NCBI GenBank assembly: GCA_964016885.1
Contig: OZ024749.1
Location: 55,800,001 to 55,864,000, forward strand
DNA from: Eledone cirrhosa
Taxonomy: Eukaryota
DNA length: 64,000 bases
Reading direction: 5' to 3'
Below, in pieces: positions 50,935 through 63,815 of this stretch. Position numbers and translations under genes: made by a program. The first letter of the stretch is position 1. Each line of letters opens with the position of its first letter. The notes beneath the pieces were generated by a model that was not told the DNA's origin, made no database searches, and saw only the letters and a list, made by a program, of their open reading frames with translations.

Positions 50935-50990
50935 TATTTTGATTATGTGAATGACTTCATTTATTAATATTTTGAATAATATATATATAT

Positions 50991-51156
50991 AAAACAAAGG
51001 AATATTGGTAAGGAACCAGATGGACCATAACGCACCAGAGTACTCAATACTTAGGGTAGTAGAGTGGGAAATAGGAAAAAGTATGACCCCGACGGCAGAG
51101 CTCAAGAAATAGCCGTCGAAACGGCTTGAGCTCTGCCGTCGGGGGTCATACTTTTT

Positions 51157-51160
<4 letters not shown>
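50991..51160 (-). mobile_element. hammerhead-associated family B with inverted 5' segment
   Basis: 50991-51106 is approximately the reverse complement of 59977-60091. Arms 51071-51106 and 51125-51160 form an inverted repeat. (TA)n on both sides. Confidence 0.8.
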
Positions 51161-51191
<31 letters not shown>

Positions 51192-51498
51192 ACCATATAA
51201 TTAAACGACATATGATTAAATCTATATGATTAAACATAAGAAGCAATTAAAGCTACAAGGCTAGAAATGTTGTGGCTCAGCAAAACACCAACTCTTCCAA
51301 ACGCTTGTCTTCATATTGGATCTCAGTGTAGAGAAAGGCGGTCATTGGCTTTCCATAAGCTAAATAATATTGTATATATCTTAAGCTGCAGTTTTACCGC
51401 TACTGATAGTAGTTAGTTCTTTACTGTGACCTTCACTAATATATCATCAGGCTTTCTTATGATACTATTTCCGATTCTGCAATAGATTAAGTATATGT

Positions 51499-51547
<49 letters not shown>

Positions 51548-51574
51548 GGAACTCTTTTAACCATCTTTTGATCT

Positions 51575-51632
<58 letters not shown>

Positions 51633-52074
51633 ATATGTATTACGTATATGTATGTATATATTTACATAGATTGCATATGTCAGTATGTAATGTTGCACAC
51701 ACAAATAGAGATAGTAAATGGTGTTAGCATGTCATCGCTGAAACAGTTTTAACCTGACGATATTTCCTAGCTGTGGGCGAATGAATCAAGATTGTAGTGT
51801 AGACACCACGGCACAAACTAATTTATCCAAATAAATGCATTTGCCTAGCGACGCGCGCTCAAGAAAGATTCCGTGACAGGGAAGATTAAGAATTTCTCAA
51901 TCGTTTTCGATTCACATAAAATTCACACGATCAGGACGATGCTGTCATTAAAGGGAATTAACCTACAGAGATAGCATAAAACTTCTTTGCTTGGCATACA
52001 TTTTGAATTGTACTTTTAGGTCGTATCACATACATACAATCTCGCATATATATATATATATATATATTTATTTG

Positions 52075-52262
52075 TTTAATATAGAAAGGCTTCTACAGGA
52101 CTAGAACTGTTTCATTCGGTAGAAATAATCAGGCTTCCTGATGATTTCTCCCAAATGAAACAGTTCTAGTCCTGTAGAAGTCTTTATATATTAAATATTT
52201 ATACTCTGCTATGTATTGAGTACCGTACTTACTGTGGTTACCCCTGGTTGAACCCGGGATAA
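52075..52262 (+). mobile_element. hammerhead-bearing element, family C, with ~59-bp fold-back
   Basis: Arms 52075-52133 and 52137-52195 with a 3-nt loop; (TA)n on both sides; homolog at 41175. Confidence 0.8.
52131..52183 (+). ncRNA. type I hammerhead ribozyme (predicted)
   Basis: Stem I AGGCUUC/GAAGUCU (7 bp). CUGAUGA 52138-44. Short, weak stem II. GAAA 52157-60. Stem III ACAG/CUGU. GUA site with predicted cleavage after 52176. Confidence 0.7.
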
Positions 52263-52323
52263 ACTTATATATATATATAGAGAGAGAGAGAGATAGAAGT
52301 GGTAACATATATAGAGAGAGAAG

Positions 52324-52490
52324 TGGTTATACCATGGTATAACCATGACCATTACGTGCTGAGGATCCGCTAAAGGTGAAACAATTGTTCTCGGTATGGT
52401 TAACTAATTGTTATGTTACAACTTCTACCTAACTCGTCCCATGGACTGAGTGCTCTACCATAACGGATATTACCTTCCAGTGTTCTACCT
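52324..52490 (+). mobile_element. hammerhead-bearing element, family D, starting with a perfect 22-bp palindrome
   Basis: tggttataccatggtataacca at 52324-45; homolog at 22897; (GA)n/(TA)n flanks. Confidence 0.75.
52348..52400 (+). ncRNA. minimal type I hammerhead ribozyme (predicted, stem I imperfect)
   Basis: CUGAGGA 52359-65, then u-cc(gcuaaa)gg-u, GAAA 52378-81 and palindromic stem III ACAAUUGU with a GUU site. Stem I accattacgtg/ctcggtatggt pairs at 8 of 11 positions. Confidence 0.6.
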
Positions 52491-52872
52491 CTCTCTCTCT
52501 ATATATATATATATAAATCTGTTTTTTATCTATCTCTTGCTATCTCCTTCTTTCTCTAGATGTACATATATAAATTCTCATACACACACACATTGACGTA
52601 TATGTGCACATATTAACGTATGTGTGTATATATTAATGAATATGTATATATTATGATATATAAAGATGTGAAGGTTGTTCGTAATATAGACAAAATCTGA
52701 AAGTAAATGATATGGCACTTAGTGGCCAGGGTTCAAATTCCGCCAACATTATCTTACATCCTTGCATGCTAAACAACACATAAAACACCATTTACAGTAT
52801 AAACTCTACTAGTTAAGGAATACAAACTCTGCTGAGAGTAAGGCTCAAACCTCCAAATTCAATACACACACG

Positions 52873-52955
<83 letters not shown>

Positions 52956-52984
52956 TTATATGTATATATGTATCTCGCTCTTTG

Positions 52985-53028
<44 letters not shown>

Positions 53029-53591
53029 TATTTGGAGATCATTGATTTTGTATAACGGTTGAAATCCACATTGAAACGTGAGAAACGTAGGGTAAGATTT
53101 GAAAGGGATTTCTACTAGGTTGAACGATCCCATTGACTATCTCATGGTGAAACCCTTTGATCATAGGTCTGCTGGATGAAAGATAAATCTGGGATGAAAA
53201 AAAAAGAAGAAAAAAAAAACATTGAGATGCGTGCCTGAATATATATCGATTTGTTCATGTGCTTCTTATCACATCCATCGATACTACACATATATATGAA
53301 CGATGAATTAAATAGACACACCATTCGAACTCAAAACACGAAAAGTAGAATATGTATTGCAACATATATAAGATACGTTAAGTTATACAGTAATATGCAT
53401 TGCATTGCATAATATATTCGCAGATACTTTAGGATGCTGATGAAGGGAAAGGATTTTCAGAAATATTGACGAAGTATTTGGTTGGATGTATCTTCTCCAC
53501 AACTGTTTATTTCTCTGATATTGGCATTTCATATAATCATTTATATACACATATAGATACACACACATATATACATATATATATATATATT

Positions 53592-53602
<11 letters not shown>

Positions 53603-53624
<22 letters not shown>

Positions 53625-53788
53625 TACATAAATATATGTATATATAAATATTATATATAAATATATAAATACATACATACCATACATATTTATATATGTA
53701 TGGTATGTATGTATTTATATATTTATATATTTATATATAATATTTATATATACATATATTTATGTATCTCTCTCTCATATATATATAT
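53603..53788. repeat. AT-rich long palindrome (~90-bp arms)
   Basis: atgagagagagagatacataaata...ccatacata is mirrored by tatgtatgg...tatttatgtatctctctctcat. Confidence 0.85.
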
Positions 53789-53832
<44 letters not shown>

Positions 53833-54578
53833 TCGATATATGAATTCATATATACATTTAAATATTATATGTAGAAATAGGTACATACTTATATATATAA
53901 ATACTGTATATTTATATATATATATTATATATATTTAAATATAGTATTACCCATTTATTTCGCAGCAGTTCTTATTTTCACTGTATATTCATCTCATGAG
54001 GCAAAGATATTACTCCACTTTAAGTCTATAAATTTTGAGATAATAATAGAGAGGAACGTTAATTTCAAACAAAATCTTGAATTATGCACGAGACATTCAT
54101 ATTTACGCTTTTGTACATAAAATATATTTTATGAATTTTAATATTTAAGCAGTCGAAAACCCGTTTAAATATACGCATTCATTAAAAAAATATTCTCTTG
54201 AGTATCTTAACACGCGATATAACTCAAAATAGTTAATATATCTATATATATATTATATATATATATATATATATATGTATATGTATGTATGTATGTAAAT
54301 AGTGTGTGGTGTGCATCGTTAAATGTTTGCGCGCGGAAAGGTACTCTCCTTAAGTCCCTCATTAATGTAAATATGGGTTTTTCAATTTCAAAGTTTTAAA
54401 ACGGTTAAAGTGATAATTTATGGTTGTCTATCTTTGAAATTACTTTAATATTTGCAGAGAACACTACCAACGAAAGGACAGGATCTGTCTCCTATCATAC
54501 AAATATTCAGTTCTATGCATGTTTATAAAGTATATAGTGTATATAATGTATATAGTGTATATAATGTATATATATATA

Positions 54579-54624
<46 letters not shown>

Positions 54625-56605
54625 TAATATATTATACAGTATCTACAGATATACTATACATATATGTATACACACAACTTACACGCACACATATATATAT
54701 ATATATAAATACATGGACTCTTTTGAGGCTGTATATTAACTGCATAGATCTCTTCCACTTTTCTCTGTATTTCTGTCTCTCTATATATACGCGTGTGTGT
54801 GTCTATGTGTGTGTTTGTCTCTCTGTGTAATCATACACCAGTTGGTGCAAATATTTGTCGTTGTGGGAGTGAGTCCATCTCTATTTTTATACTTTAGAAC
54901 GACATGCTGGAATCCAACCTGCCTGACATATACATACATACAAATATATATACATATATATATATACATACAAATATATATATGACAGAATGTTTTCTAT
55001 TTAAGTGTTAAGATATTTATCAGCCACATTCATTAGAACTTTTTATGGTTTCAAATTCCAGAAAATTATTTGTATATTTGTCCACCCTCGTTGTCTATTG
55101 ACTGTGGTACTTGAATGAACGAAAGTATTTATATATCTATCTACACCCAGAAACATGGCAGCAATTAACGAAACTGGTTTTTCACCACTGACCTACATTG
55201 ACATATATATATCTCTGTGAAATTGCAGATCAACCAGTAGATCATCTTGTGAATCTCTGCTTGAATCAATTTTATTTATTTGTAAATGGTTTGAGTTAGA
55301 CGAATTGATATAGTATTTAAAGCCTTGTATTTTGCCCGCTGTCTACATTCCATTTACATATTTCACCGAGATCAACTTTGCCTTGATCCTTTCTGGTCCG
55401 ATAAAATATAAACGCAATCTTGAGCAGTGAATTAGTTGAATATTTCGCCTATTTAAACATTGATAGATTTGATCCGTTGCCCTGTTTACCATCACTGCTT
55501 GGGCCTTGTGTACCTTTAGCCGACACCAATTTGTTGCCAGCATTCGAGTTAGGCGTCCGGATTGAACATACTGTGTTTTATCTCTCCCACATGTCAAAAG
55601 CGTTTTAAGTCTCTCGCAATCTTTCTCTGTCTATACAATAAAGTATTTATTTCACGAATTTAATTACTTATTATTTATGACAAGTTGTTAAACATATCAT
55701 CATTGACTACAGATTTCTAACAAACCGATTATTATTGCCCTAAATTTTCGAAGGAGGGAATGTTAAAGAATCGTATGATTTTCCATTGAAAAGACTTCTT
55801 TCGAAGACGATCAGATTTTCACATAGGTTTACATCGCTACGCATATACTTGGCATTAAGAATGGCTGTTACTTAATTCTGATCACGCAAAGCATTCTAGT
55901 CATAACAATATATATATACGTATATATATATATATATATATATACATGTGTGAGCGAGCACAAGCGGATAAGAGATGTAGAGGATAAATCGAACCTAATG
56001 GTGGAATTTATGAAAGGCAAAGTTGATCCAAGCGATGATCCTGTGTTAAAATTTTGAACGTTCTAACGACTCTGACGATTCGCCTATATTATATATATAT
56101 ACATAGATATATATCTACACACACACACACACATATATATATAATACCTGTATGTGTGTGTACATATACACACGTACGTACATGCATTTATTGATAGGCT
56201 GGCAATATAGACGGATAAAATATACCAGTGTGTGAAATAGAGGCGGTGAGATCTGTAGGTGTGGTAAGACAAATTATTAAAAGCTATACATCAGCTCCAG
56301 ACATAATTTACACTCTCATGTCACCTGGGACAACAAAAATAACATAAACATACTTAAAACAACGATAACAAATATTAACAACCAAAAAACTACAAAAAAC
56401 TCTAACAACAGAAATAGCAACATAAACTATAAACTAAAATGCAAAAGATACAAAAAAATAAGGAACTCCTAAATCAAATACGAAAGAATGTCAAATATAA
56501 GAAAAAAGAAAAACTAGACAAAAACAAATATAAATGAATAAATAACTAAATAGACATACTTAAGTAATGAAAAAAAAAATGAAAGCAGGACATTGCACAT
56601 ACTCA

Positions 56606-56665
<60 letters not shown>

Positions 56666-57647
56666 CACGAAAAAATTGCCCAACAACAACGAAATTACAA
56701 ACATGAACGTTACAAAAATACATACGAAGCCGGTCATAAAACAGAAGTAAACCTTCCCACGTGTTTTGACATACTAAATAGTAGATTTGTTCCCTAAAAC
56801 AGGCTTTTTGTGGTTGGTGTAGTAAAAACTGTTCTCTTCCCATGTAACAAATGTCAGTTTTGTCTCGTAGTTTCTATTCACACCTACTCCTTCACACCAC
56901 CAAACAGATCAGTGCCTTGGTGATGATGCTAATGCCAGTGGTTTTAATGATGATGATGTTGTTGTTGTTATTCACAGTAGTGGATGTTTGGATACCTTCT
57001 TTTACATATTTCTTTCTTTCATTTCATCTATGTTTTGTATTCAATTTCTTTTACATTTCCCATGTCAATATCCATATATAAATAAATGTATAAATAAATA
57101 AATGTATAAATAAATGTATAAATAAATAAATGTATAAATAAATGTATAAATAAATGAGTTTTTCGAATATTAATAATAACATTCGATTCGTTTGCAATTA
57201 TGCAAGCAAGCCTCATTTTTAACGCCATATCAGTAGAATGAACCCTTCATTTCTGCTCTTGTGTTGGCATGTAAACAGAACTGCAGACACTGTTTCTGGG
57301 TATCACCCTTCATCAGTACAACTCACTGACACCTGCCAACTGTCAGAGCTAGTCAAAATATTTTATATAATATATAAATATGTATATATAAAGTTATATT
57401 TGTGTATATACAGAATGGAATTAACTGTGATTTCCTAAATTGTATATACATTTACACATTGTTTGTATGTAGATATGTAGTTAGGCTAAATATACGTATT
57501 TCTATGTAAACTGGTAAAAATATGTACACTGATATAAACATTAATCAATTTTCGGAGATCGATTTATCTACCATTTATTCGTTTCTTTGCAGTTGTTTGC
57601 AGTCAATCTTGCATATCTCCCCCCTCTCTCTCTCTCTCTCTCTCTCG

Positions 57648-57694
<47 letters not shown>

Positions 57695-58849
57695 GTATCC
57701 GTCTCGCAATGAGGCTCTCTTTTAAAGGGCGGTGCCCGGATGACTGGAACAGGTAAAAGAGTAACACAGAATATATATATATATGAAATGTTTCCTTTCC
57801 GAAGCAAATAAGTATAATAATTGTAGGCCACTATATCTAACTGCTAAGAAAATCAGGCAAAATACCATAGAGACGGAAAAATGCGGATAAAGGTGACTAC
57901 GAGGAAACGAACCACGTCGCTCGTTGTATCTGAGTCCTTGGGTGATGGTTGTAATAGTAGTAGTAGTAGTAGTAGTAGTAATGAGATGGAAATTAAAACG
58001 ACCTTTAATGGCAGCTACAAATTAACTTTCCTCATCATCATCACCATCATTACCATCACTATACGTTATGGAATTTAATGTACATTGCTATAACTATAGC
58101 TATAATATACTTATGTTTTCTATAACTATTAAATGACCTCACATTGTCTGATGCCGTCTAGACCATTCTATATTACCTATAGAGTTTGTAGTGTCTGGCC
58201 ATTCTTGGTATTTTACAAATACTGAAAATTACCCAGAATATAAATATAACCAAGAATATCTATCTAGTGAACCTACAATAAGAGAGCAAATATTACAAAC
58301 ATAAGTGATATATATATATATATATATACACGCACACGCACACGCACCCGCACATAAGCAACAAATATATAGATATATATATATATATAGAGAGAGAGAA
58401 ATATATACAATATATAGATATAGAAAAAACATAGATGTATATATATATATATATAAATCTACACTATATAAATATATAAAAATATACAAATTATAACAAT
58501 ATATATATTAACAATATATATATATACACACACACATACAAATATATATAAATATAGAAAACAAAGGTAGAGGAGGGCGGGTACTTCTTAAAGGAGACAT
58601 CCTGTTGCATTGCAGCCCGTTTGTGTAAATCATTCTTTGAACGTTCCGATTAATCGCCTTTTCTGCACAACAGATAGGAAAACCTACCTAAAAATAGTTC
58701 TTGATGAAAGCAAGAAATGATAATTATATGACTCTCATTTTCTCTGATGTGTTATATACTAAAGAAGCATGCATTGATTCCACTATTAACCTCCTCTTTG
58801 GTCGTCGTCTTCCTTTCTAAACACTCCGTCTCATTGAATCGATCGATCG

Positions 58850-59015
58850 CGTCGCTCGGTCGGCTGGGCGCTTGGTTGGTTGGGCGCTTGGTCGGCTGGT
58901 CGCTCTGTCGGTTGGTTGGGCGCTCGGTTGGTTGGGCGCTCGATCGTTTGGCTGGTAGCTCTGTCGGCTGGGCGCTCGGTTGGTTGGGCGCTCGGTCGAG
59001 TGGGCGCTCGGTCAT
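58850..59015. repeat. degenerate GC-rich tandem repeat (ttggttgggcgctcgg)n
   Basis: Directly visible. Confidence 0.8.
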
Positions 59016-59491
59016 TTGGCTGGTAGGTGATAGATATATTTCGTCTTCATTCCTCATTTGTTTCTTATTCTTTCCACAACCACCATCGCTGTAATCATCA
59101 CCATTATCATCGTTGTAATTATCGACATTGTCGTCAGCACCATCATAGACATCGTCGCCGTCATCGAAATTATCATCGTCGTCACCGTCGTTACCATAAC
59201 CAACACCATCATTGAATCGTCATCATCATTTTCACCCTCATTATCGTCGTCTCCGTCGTTTTCATGTGACCTCTCTTCTCACGTGAATGTATACATACAT
59301 ATTAGTTTCTAATTTTCTAATTTTGGTACAAGGAGGGGGAGGAATAAATCAATTAAATCGATTTCAAATCTAGACACATTCTTTATTTTATCGATCACGG
59401 TAGGCTGAAAAGCAAATTGACCTCAAATGGATTTGAACACAGAATTTCACAAGCCGGAAAAAATAGGGCTTGATGTATCTACATGAATAAA

Positions 59492-59665
59492 GGTTTCTGA
59501 TTTAGGCACAAGGCCAACTATTTTGGTGGGAGAGGAAAGTCGATTAATTCTACCCCAGGGCGTTACTGGTACTTGATTATATCGACTAAAGATGAAAGGG
59601 AAAGTTAACTTCGTCCGGATTTGAACTCATTACGTAAGGGGCCGTAACTATGTGCCGCAAAGTAT
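59492..59665 (-). mobile_element. tRNA-derived SINE (long subfamily)
   Basis: Matches 63053-63258; a more diverged copy lies at about 59315-59470. Confidence 0.8.
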
Positions 59666-59738
59666 GTTAGCAATACATATTCTCAAGGCTAGCATGTGTT
59701 TTATGAGATGTATGTATTTATGTTCATATATACACGTT

Positions 59739-59912
59739 TGACCAAGATACTCTCAAGGAATGATTAAATGAGGGTTATTTTTTAACATAGTTCCCGGAAA
59801 AAAAACATTGCAGTTATTAATAAAAGGAGTTGAAATTAATGTATGCAAGATTTCACAACTCTAGCATCATTCCTTCATAATCAGCCTAGGAACCTTTCAG
59901 CTCAGCCTCGTG
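59739..59912 (+). mobile_element. mariner-like MITE fragment with right TIR
   Basis: Ends tcagcctaggaacctttcagctcagcctcgtg; shares internal sequence with 32656-32700. Confidence 0.6.
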
Positions 59913-59917
59913 TGAGT

Positions 59918-59958
<41 letters not shown>

Positions 59959-59961
<3 letters not shown>

Positions 59962-60091
59962 AGCTGTCGAAACGGCCGGAGCTCAGCCGTCGGGGTCCTG
60001 ACTCTTTTCCTGTTACCCACTCTACTACCCTAAGTATTGAGTACTCTGGTGCGTTATGCTCCAACTGGTTCCTTACCACACTTCCTTCGTT
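59959..60091 (+). mobile_element. hammerhead-associated family B, 5'-truncated within stem II
   Basis: tagctgtc-GAAA-cggc(loop)gccg-TC-ggggtc...; (TA)n on both sides. Confidence 0.8.
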
Positions 60092-60762
60092 ATATATAAA
60101 TATATAAATATTCAATTTTTTAAGGCTAATGAAATATTTAAACTCTACTTCGGTATTGAGTTTTCTTTTCTCTCAGCCGTCAACCACATACGGATATATA
60201 TATATATACAATGTGATCTTATCTTTTGGCAACCAATGAACTGAAGGACCTTTATTTATTTGTAAACACAGAGTGTTTCAACATTCTTATCAGAAGTCTA
60301 AGAACTGTGGCATGATTTATATATAATTAAGAATGTCGAAATGCCGGTTTCGCTCTCTGTTTATCTCTCCCACCCGCATACTTCTTTTTTTATCTTCTTA
60401 TTCACAATTGTATACCTTATGTGCTTTCTATATATCCTGATAAATTACATTAACAATGTGTTATTGTTGATATTTTCTCTTGTTTGTTGTAGTTTCAGTT
60501 ATTTTAAGTCAATGAAAATGTTCCTCTTCTCCTAAGCTATCTATTTATTGTAAAAACAAAAATTAAAAAAGAAATTATCCCCCATAACTCCCTATATTCT
60601 CAGATAATATATAGTTAGAAGCAGAAAATGGTAGTTTTTCGTGAGTTTTTCATACGAATTCTCTGATATATTTTACGATGATGACAAACATGATATAAAC
60701 TAGATAAATAAGTAAGTGTAAAAAGAGTATGAGCGCAATTTACAGAAGGAGAGATCGGGGGT

Positions 60763-60822
<60 letters not shown>

Positions 60823-61333
60823 TATAGTTTATGAGTGAATAACAACATAGGAAAAAATATTCCGCTATATTTTGAAGGATGGATCTTAGAAGTGATGTAT
60901 ATATCCCATACATAGTAAAGATCCACTCAGTTATCACATCCTGCTTCAAATAATATAAAAACGAATGATATATATTTCATTTGCAGATATAAATCCTCCT
61001 CCTATGTGAAAGATGGTGTAATATTTGTTGCCCGGTGTGCTGTGTTGGAGGATGAACACACAACACACATTACCTGAGACTGTGGCATCTACAGATATTC
61101 CTGGACACTGTATTTATGACACATTGTTACCTCTGTCTTCCTGCAACAGATATACGTTTTGTATTACATGCACTATAGTCAGATCGGCTACCGAATCCCA
61201 GAGACAGGCACGATCGGTACTGATGATACATTGAGCTGATCGACCGCGAAACGCGCGTCACACGTGAATATCTATAATGATGTTAGTTTGATACCTCGTT
61301 TCTACTATTCTCTCTCTCTCTTCGGGGTGTCAA

Positions 61334-61373
<40 letters not shown>

Positions 61374-61387
61374 ATACACATACACAT

Positions 61388-61419
<32 letters not shown>

Positions 61420-61669
61420 GCAGAGAAAGACGGAGAGAATGTGACAGATAGTGATATAAACAGAGATATCCATATAAACAGACAGTGTGATGTAGAAATG
61501 GAATAAATGGGCTGAGGAGGGGAAGTAAAAAGAAGCAGTGACTTGTGTGAGAGAAAGAACGTGAGAAGGAGAACAATGGAAAATTGTTCGTATGTTCCTA
61601 ATTAGACGTATATGAAAATATATCTTCTCCGCTTATGTGTGTATATATTCGTGTGTTAGAATAATATTA

Positions 61670-61853
61670 TTGGATTCGCAGTATCGGTAGAGGTTCGGAC
61701 GCCATGCTTTCCAGCATAGTTACGTCCCTTAACGATCTGAGTTCAAATCCCGCCGAGGTTGACTTTGCCTTTCATCCTTGCGGGGTCGATAAAATAAAGT
61801 ACCAGTAATGCACTGGCTAATTGCTGGCATTGTGCCAAAAGTAGAAACAATTA
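61670..61853 (+). mobile_element. tRNA-derived SINE (short subfamily)
   Basis: Near-identical to the reverse complement of 8448-8630. Confidence 0.9.
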
Positions 61854-61876
61854 TTAAACGAAAGAAGTTTGCGCAT

Positions 61877-61911
<35 letters not shown>

Positions 61912-62260
61912 TTCACTCTCTCTCTTTCACTATCTCTCTCTTTCTATACGCATATATATATATATATGCTTGTGTGTGCGTGTCAGTTTGTGCGTGGCTG
62001 TGTTTATATATATATTGATATATAGATATATATTATATATATATACACACTTAAAGATGAAAAGTAGACCGACACACAGACATAGTATCGCAAGGTAAAA
62101 AGCCCGACTGATGAGATTTAGTAAAAACATTCCAGAAGTCGGCCCGTTTATCGTTTATCGTTTCAGGAGTAACTTATCGGAGGTGAACCGTATCATATAG
62201 CAGCAAGGATCAGTGATATTGTCATATCTCATTACCCCTCCCTTATTTCACTCATCTCAA

Positions 62261-62299
<39 letters not shown>

Positions 62300-63052
62300 G
62301 GAGGGAATGTGTGTTTGTCTGTGTGTGTCTGTGAGAGAGTTTGTGTGTCTGTGTGTGTCTTTCTATCTCTGTTTTTGATGTAGTATTTTATTTATATCTT
62401 CTCCGGCGCCGTCACGTTTATCATTAGCAAAAACAACAACTACAGCACATTCAACATTACTATGACTGTTACCAGAACTTCTATCGCATTCCACGCCAGG
62501 GCAAGATACACCACTATTACAATCTCTTATACAATTATTATCCCTGTCGCCATACCTACCATCTTTGCTCGCCAGTGAACATCAATTACAACTAAGGGAG
62601 CTAACGAGCGAATCTCTAAGTAGTCGTTCGACACTACTAGAATTATCAGCTAAATCCTCCAGAAGTTCCCACATTAGAAACGGTTTTCAAATCAAGGCCT
62701 CTTTGAGTATTGTGGTCCCAAGTTAACCTCGTACAAGGCAAAGACAATGATTAGTTCTGAAATCCCTTGTCAGTTCTATATAATTCAGGCATAAATGTGC
62801 AATAATGTATTCCAAATTCCAATCCACCATAGTTGCAGTAATTGTGAAAAACAAAACTGTATCACCACGTCTACAAGTAAGATAAAACGTATACTTCTCT
62901 GGGGAAATGGGAACAAGGCTGATTCTCATCCAAAATTGTCCCCGGCCTCCACCGTAGAGTGGAAAACTTATTAATGTTGCCTTTGCGAACATCATATCTA
63001 TTTCTAGTACAAGATTTAATGCGCATGTGTGAAAAACCGTTAACGCTAATAA

Positions 63053-63258
63053 TGATTTCTACTATAGGCACAAGGCCAGCAATTTTGGGGGAGGGGAAAG
63101 TCGATTAAATCGACCCCAGTGCGTGACTGGTACTTTATTTTATCGACCCCGTATGGATGAAAGGTAAAGTTAACCTCGGCGGGATTTGAACTCACATCAT
63201 AAAGGGCCGTAACTCTATGCGTCAAAGCATGGCGTCCGACCCTCTACCGATACTGCCG
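63053..63258 (-). mobile_element. tRNA-derived SINE (long subfamily)
   Basis: A and B boxes present; includes the extra gggggaggggaaagtcgattaaatcgac segment. Confidence 0.9.
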
Positions 63259-63815
63259 CTAATAATGATCAAATGAAATAGTTCTTTTTATCAGTTTCAC
63301 ATGGTGTGAGAGTCAAGACTCATCTCACTTTAACGAAATACTGAAATAAGTTGAGACCTGTTTGAGGACTAATGTAAACTAACTGTTAGAGACATGTAAA
63401 TAGTGATTTCTTGTATTGGCACAAAACTAGAAATTGTAAAAGAAGGTCATGCATAGTTGATTTCAAGTGGCTCTAATAATTGGCAGATATTTATTTAATC
63501 GTCTCCCCAGAGATGTGAAAGTGAATACAGACAGCATCTGGATTTTGACACAAGATCAACAAAAGGCGTACAAAATTCGCCATAAGACGCCCTCCATTGC
63601 TAAGATTTTGATTTGGGGGCTAAATCGATAATAGCAGAAAAGCTGAACGTGCTACACCGAACCAAAAGATTCTGGAAACATCTCTAACTGCTTCACTGCT
63701 GTTTGGAATCATTTCCTGGTAGATTTACTGTTCCACAGTCAACAGCTGATGTAGCGAGAGCTTTGCAATAAAAGCTGTATAAAGCATGTATTATATATAT
63801 ATATATATATATATT

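Larger units (their letters stand above)
50606..50978 (-). mobile_element. hammerhead-bearing element, family A, with 163-bp fold-back (Penelope pLTR-like)
   Basis: Arms 50642-50804 and 50815-50978 with a 10-nt spacer and about 4 differences. The minus-strand arm continues to about 50606. TA/TG tracts on both sides. Confidence 0.8.

Noticed and set aside
50642-50978. Interpretation as a TIR DNA-transposon MITE or a miRNA precursor
   Set aside because: One arm appears to extend beyond the inverted repeat, the related elements have variable inversion points, and the arms contain complete hammerhead motifs, which fits retroelement fold-back better.
62105-62146. CUGAUGAG possible hammerhead
   Set aside because: GAAA is absent (guaaaaac) and stems I and II are unconvincing; at best a very decayed relic.
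62723-63071. Short non-repetitive minus-strand ORFs as host exons
   Set aside because: No recognisable domain and no convincing splice-bounded open frame.
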